Shown piece after piece: positions 25,749 through 29,005 of a DNA stretch of 29,005 nucleotides. Below the pieces are notes generated by a model. The model worked only from the letters and a program-made list of their open reading frames with translations, ran no database searches and had not been told where the DNA came from. The stretch is from a virus. Lineage: Duplodnaviria > Caudoviricetes. How positions within the stretch are numbered: the first letter of the stretch is position 1; each line of letters starts with the position of its first letter. Where the stretch lies: positions 1 to 29,005 of the IMG/VR virus record IMGVR_UViG_3300048611_000213, one strand, 5' to 3'. A program made the translations under genes and the position numbers.

Positions 25749-25971
25749 CGTCCAGGATGCCGATCGCGCTCCAGTGGCGGGAGTTGTCGCCGGCAAACCG
25801 CTTGGCTTCCTTCGCCCGCACCCGCAACCATTGGGACAGGATCAGAGCTGTCTCATACGGCATCTGCATTTCGGCGTTGCCGATTTTCAGCACAACCCTG
25901 TCGTGGACGGTGGCGACCGCGATGCTCTCCCGTTTCAGGAGATGCGAGCGGTTGTGAGCGGCGAAGGTCAC
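25732..25971 (-). CDS. Hypothetical protein
   Basis: Tightly packed ORF; protein-like composition. Confidence 0.65.
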   Translation of the reverse strand: MTFAAHNRSHLLKRESIAVATVHDRVVLKIGNAEMQMPYETALILSQWLRVRAKEAKRFAGDNSRHWSAIGILDDATRG

Positions 25972-25986
25972 GCGAGAGTCCTGTAA

Positions 25987-26439
25987 CTACGCCAAGGTCA
26001 CGTCCAGCGCACCGGCGGCGAAAGACGGAGTTATACCCGTGCTCACATTCAAGGTCGGGCTGACCGTGCCGTGGATGAACAGGTCGCCGGCGTTGGGCGA
26101 GTCCGTGAACGCGGTCGAGCCGATACCAAACGCATCGACGGCACTTGACGAGCCGGTACACTCCGGAAAGGCGATGGCGTTATCGTTGTCTGCGGTATCG
26201 TTCGTCACCGTCCATTGCGCGGTGGAACGGGCAACCGATACACGGTCGTAATCGGTATAAGCCGCTTCATTGGTCGTCTGGTCCCCGGTATCCGCCGGTG
26301 AGCCAACATGCAGGCTGATATAGAATACACCCGCTGTCGAGGAGCCGCGCAGGCCCGTGGCGTCGCCGACATTCGCGGCATCGGCATTTTCGAAGATCAG
26401 CGAGAGCAAAGCCGTCTCGAAAGCATTCGTTGCGGACAT
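25987..26439 (-). CDS. Putative virion structural protein (fibre-associated family)
   Basis: MS.TNAFE.ALL.LIF...YISLH...NE..Y..Y.RV.V...N...I.FP...G.TP.FAAGAL pattern; AAGGAG RBS. Confidence 0.72.
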   Translation of the reverse strand: MSATNAFETALLSLIFENADAANVGDATGLRGSSTAGVFYISLHVGSPADTGDQTTNEAAYTDYDRVSVARSTAQWTVTNDTADNDNAIAFPECTGSSSAVDAFGIGSTAFTDSPNAGDLFIHGTVSPTLNVSTGITPSFAAGALDVTLA

Positions 26440-26498
26440 GTCTAACTCCTTGAGTTTTCGTCACCTCTTTGTGAGAAAGAGGCATAAAACTATAAATG

Positions 26499-26714
26499 TC
26501 AGGCGTGACGGCGTTTCTTCTGCCACATAAGCCAGTCAAGCCAAATGTACAAAACAAGGAAAATTGGCCAAGCAAGTGCGTAGCCTAATGCCTCTCTTGC
26601 TCCTGTATTCTTTTTTCTTAACCTCTCATCCGCCCGGATGAAATACTCGTTAGTGAGACAAAGACCAATGGTCAGATACCATGCCCATATGACTGCGAAT
26701 GTTTCACCCACCAT
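26499..26714 (-). CDS. Small two-helix membrane protein in an AT-richer patch
   Basis: GGAG..AGG before ATG 26714; two hydrophobic segments; basic C-terminus. Confidence 0.55.
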   Translation of the reverse strand: MVGETFAVIWAWYLTIGLCLTNEYFIRADERLRKKNTGAREALGYALAWPIFLVLYIWLDWLMWQKKRRHA

Positions 26715-26895
26715 CCTGCTCCTGTGCGATGCGGCTGAACTCGTCGCTAATTTTCTCCATGCGATCTGACGACACCGATACACATCTACCGAGTATGAGG
26801 TCGTAACTAAACCCGTCGCATATACTGTAGTCTGGCGACGATGTTCGCCGTACCGCTTCGTCGATCTGCTTTTCCCGTGCTGTCAATGTGCCCAT
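26704..26895 (-). CDS. Hypothetical protein
   Basis: Fills the gap with overlaps at both ends. Confidence 0.45.
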   Translation of the reverse strand: MGTLTAREKQIDEAVRRTSSPDYSICDGFSYDLILGRCVSVSSDRMEKISDEFSRIAQEQDGG

Positions 26896-27287
26896 TGAGT
26901 CCCTGCTCGGATTTTCTGTACGGTCGTGCGGCTAACACCGTACTGCGCTACGAGGTGTTTCGTTTGAACTTCGGAATTTCTAATTGCCGCTACTTGATTG
27001 GCGGTCAGTTTGGCTCGGCCGTTCGCCTCACCAGCCGGACGGCGGTCAATCGCGAAGTGGCACTTGATGCAGAGCCACTGCACGTCCAGCGGACGGTGGT
27101 ATCCGCGATGGTGATGTCCATGCAGCAATGTCCGCCCATCGGACCGCCTACCCGGATCACAGCCGCATTCTTCACAACTCGCAGGCCGCTTGATTTTGCC
27201 CACGCGGATCGCACGGTACAGCGTTGAACGCGCCCAGCGTTTCAACCGCCCGTCTGCGTCGATCATCTGCTCTCGGGTCATGGTCAT
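26883..27287 (-). CDS. HNH-like protein with C-terminal helix-turn-helix
   Basis: CEECG...HGHH..Y.RPLDVQWLCIKCH, then GEANGRAKLT..QV..IR...YGVSRTTV.KI..G..W.H. Confidence 0.8.
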   Translation of the reverse strand: MTMTREQMIDADGRLKRWARSTLYRAIRVGKIKRPASCEECGCDPGRRSDGRTLLHGHHHRGYHRPLDVQWLCIKCHFAIDRRPAGEANGRAKLTANQVAAIRNSEVQTKHLVAQYGVSRTTVQKIRAGTQWAH

Positions 27288-27499
27288 TGCTCCATAAACC
27301 CTACCGCGATGTTGCCTGCGCCGTGTGGCCGATACGCAATGTGTTTGATCGCTCGACCATAACCGCGCGCAGCCATCGTCAGTCGCATTCGGGCTGTTGA
27401 ACGAAAGTCTGCCTTGGACAGGTGCCGATCAAAGAAGACGACGGTGTTCGGATCGGCGAGCGAAACCAGCTCGACAGTATCTCGGTTCATATCGGCCAA
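27284..27499 (-). CDS. Hypothetical protein
   Basis: AGGAG RBS before TTG; ATGA coupling with the next gene. Confidence 0.5.
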   Translation of the reverse strand: MADMNRDTVELVSLADPNTVVFFDRHLSKADFRSTARMRLTMAARGYGRAIKHIAYRPHGAGNIAVGFMEQ

Positions 27500-27544
27500 C
27501 CGTCTGCTCCTATGGGGCCCTACGGCATTCTCAAAAACTAAAGA

Positions 27545-28540
27545 CTAGTCGGGGTCGCTTGACGTAATGGGCTCTGCGGCTTCGGTCGTCGTGACCGTCG
27601 ATGTCCATGCGGCCGTGGAATCGTCTTCCTTGGTGACGGTGAGGGTAGAGCCGGACAGCGACCATTTGTTGCGCAGGAACCGGAGGGCATTGAGAAGGTT
27701 GCGCGCCACGGCCGGGGAATCTTCCGATACGCTGGTCCAGTCGCGCAGCAGGGCCGCGTCGGCGATGGCCGTGCGCTCGCCTGAGGTCAGCGCATAGCCG
27801 GTCTTGTCGTTGACGGTCGTCACACTGCCGACACTGCCCGAGAGATTGCCGGTTATGTTCCCCGTGATATCCATCGTCTGGTTGGGGAGGTTGATGTTGG
27901 TCAGCCCCGCACCCGCAGCCCCGATCTGCGTCTGGATATCCTGCGTATCGGCTTCGATCGCATCGGCCGTGGCCTGACTGGCCCGGGCATCGAGGATCAG
28001 ATCCAGCCGGCCGCCATCGATCCAGTCGGTCAGCGCGCCCATCCGCGCAGCGGTGACCTCGTTGGTCGCGGCCAGCTTCGTATCCAGATCCAATCCGCCG
28101 GCATCGGAGACCGGAAGACCGCCGGCGGCATCGGCGGCGGCATTGGGCAAAGCGGTGAGCCCCAGCCTTACCGTGTCCTCGGGATCGTAATCGACCAGCC
28201 TGACCCGGCCGCCGATGACAACCATGCCCGTTACGGTGCCGCCAACGTCCACATGGTTCGCGCCTGTAGCAAAGGCCGCGTCCGGCAGATCGAGCCGGTA
28301 CTCACCGTCCCCGATATGCAGGAAGCCGCCATCGGCGTGGGCGTCATCCAGAGCCGGTGTCGCCAGATCGGCCTCGGTGATGGAAGTCTTGGTCGCGCCC
28401 TCCCGGCGATACCAGAGATCGATACCCGACGTGTCGAATACCACGCTGGTCTCGGGCGTGCCGTCCGTCGAATCGATGATCCTTATCGTCACCGAACGGT
28501 CAGTGCTGCCTTTCTTTACGATGTCAATCAGCGCAGCCAT
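27545..28540 (-). CDS. Putative virion structural protein
   Basis: Ala/Thr/Asp/Gly-rich; Ig-like N-domain (GEYRLDLPDAA), GNITGNLSGSVGSV fibre-like segment. Confidence 0.65.
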   Translation of the reverse strand: MAALIDIVKKGSTDRSVTIRIIDSTDGTPETSVVFDTSGIDLWYRREGATKTSITEADLATPALDDAHADGGFLHIGDGEYRLDLPDAAFATGANHVDVGGTVTGMVVIGGRVRLVDYDPEDTVRLGLTALPNAAADAAGGLPVSDAGGLDLDTKLAATNEVTAARMGALTDWIDGGRLDLILDARASQATADAIEADTQDIQTQIGAAGAGLTNINLPNQTMDITGNITGNLSGSVGSVTTVNDKTGYALTSGERTAIADAALLRDWTSVSEDSPAVARNLLNALRFLRNKWSLSGSTLTVTKEDDSTAAWTSTVTTTEAAEPITSSDPD

Positions 28541-28544
28541 TCAC

Positions 28545-29003
28545 CTATCCGGTATAGTGCATCAGGAACGGCAGGATCGTTCCGCCCGCTGCAGCCGCCG
28601 CCTGTCGGCTCCACGGCATGGTCATGGGGTAAACGATCGGCGGGTGCTCTCCGGTCGTTAAAGCCCCCGCGCCCTGCTCGGTGAGCATATTCCCGCCGAT
28701 GAGGTCGGTTAAATCACCAACTGTGCGGAAGCCGTTGTACCAAGTCAGCCCGCCGCCGAAGAACAGCGGGGACGCGCCGGAAGTCAGGGCGGCGATCTCC
28801 TGAGCCGTCAGGACCCGTAGCCAGTACGCAAGCTCGGCGATCCGGTCACCGTCGCGGGGGATGGCACCGCCGATAGTCGGCCGGTTGCCGACGGTGAACG
28901 CCGCGGTGGACACGTCATAATCACTATCCGCCGTCGCCACCGGGCTGTCGCCCTGCTCGACCCCATCGACATAAAAGTGGTGGTTGTCATTCCGCTTCCA
29001 CGT
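28545..29003 (-). CDS. LamG/concanavalin-like domain protein (C-terminal part; starts beyond right edge)
   Basis: Frame open to the window edge: TWKRNDNHHFYVDGVEQ...FTVGNR...IAELAYWLRVLTAQEIAAL, a typical LamG ending. Confidence 0.75.
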   Translation of the reverse strand, partial: TWKRNDNHHFYVDGVEQGDSPVATADSDYDVSTAAFTVGNRPTIGGAIPRDGDRIAELAYWLRVLTAQEIAALTSGASPLFFGGGLTWYNGFRTVGDLTDLIGGNMLTEQGAGALTTGEHPPIVYPMTMPWSRQAAAAAGGTILPFLMHYTG

Positions 29004-29005
29004 CG

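Noticed and set aside
1-29005. tRNA, rRNA, integrase, lysis genes; gene transfer agent identity
   Set aside because: None recognised. HNH/cos-type packaging and many accessory genes argue for a phage rather than an RcGTA-like cluster.

Overview
The window is the packaging, head and tail morphogenesis region of an HK97-type siphophage or prophage (GC-rich; an alphaproteobacterial host is a guess), encoded almost entirely on the minus strand. Reading right to left: an accessory virion-protein module (LamG-like protein, 331-aa protein, 150-aa structural protein, 20-aa-repeat fibre), two HNH nucleases, a candidate cos site, TerS, TerL, portal, ClpP-type protease, major capsid, a tandem-domain decoration protein, then a ~9.3-kb insertion with nine glycan-related enzymes, followed by adaptor, connector, closure, terminator, tail tube, G/GT chaperones, gp10-like gene, an antisense lipoprotein moron and a partial tape measure gene. 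The best candidate for an undescribed system is phage-encoded virion glycosylation with an acidic, decorated glycan. Four observations support this: (i) a CMP-ulosonate synthetase fused to an RraA-type aldolase, with Maf/CstII-like and KpsS/KpsC-like transferases plus sulfo-, methyl- and pyruvyl-transferases; (ii) translational coupling of seven of these nine genes to the head-tail genes; (iii) one transferase with no start codon, apparently reached by a -1 frameshift from a small head-region protein; (iv) an Asp-Ser-Pro tripeptide found 7 times, only in presumed exposed virion proteins. All product calls come from motif recognition by eye; no searches were run.
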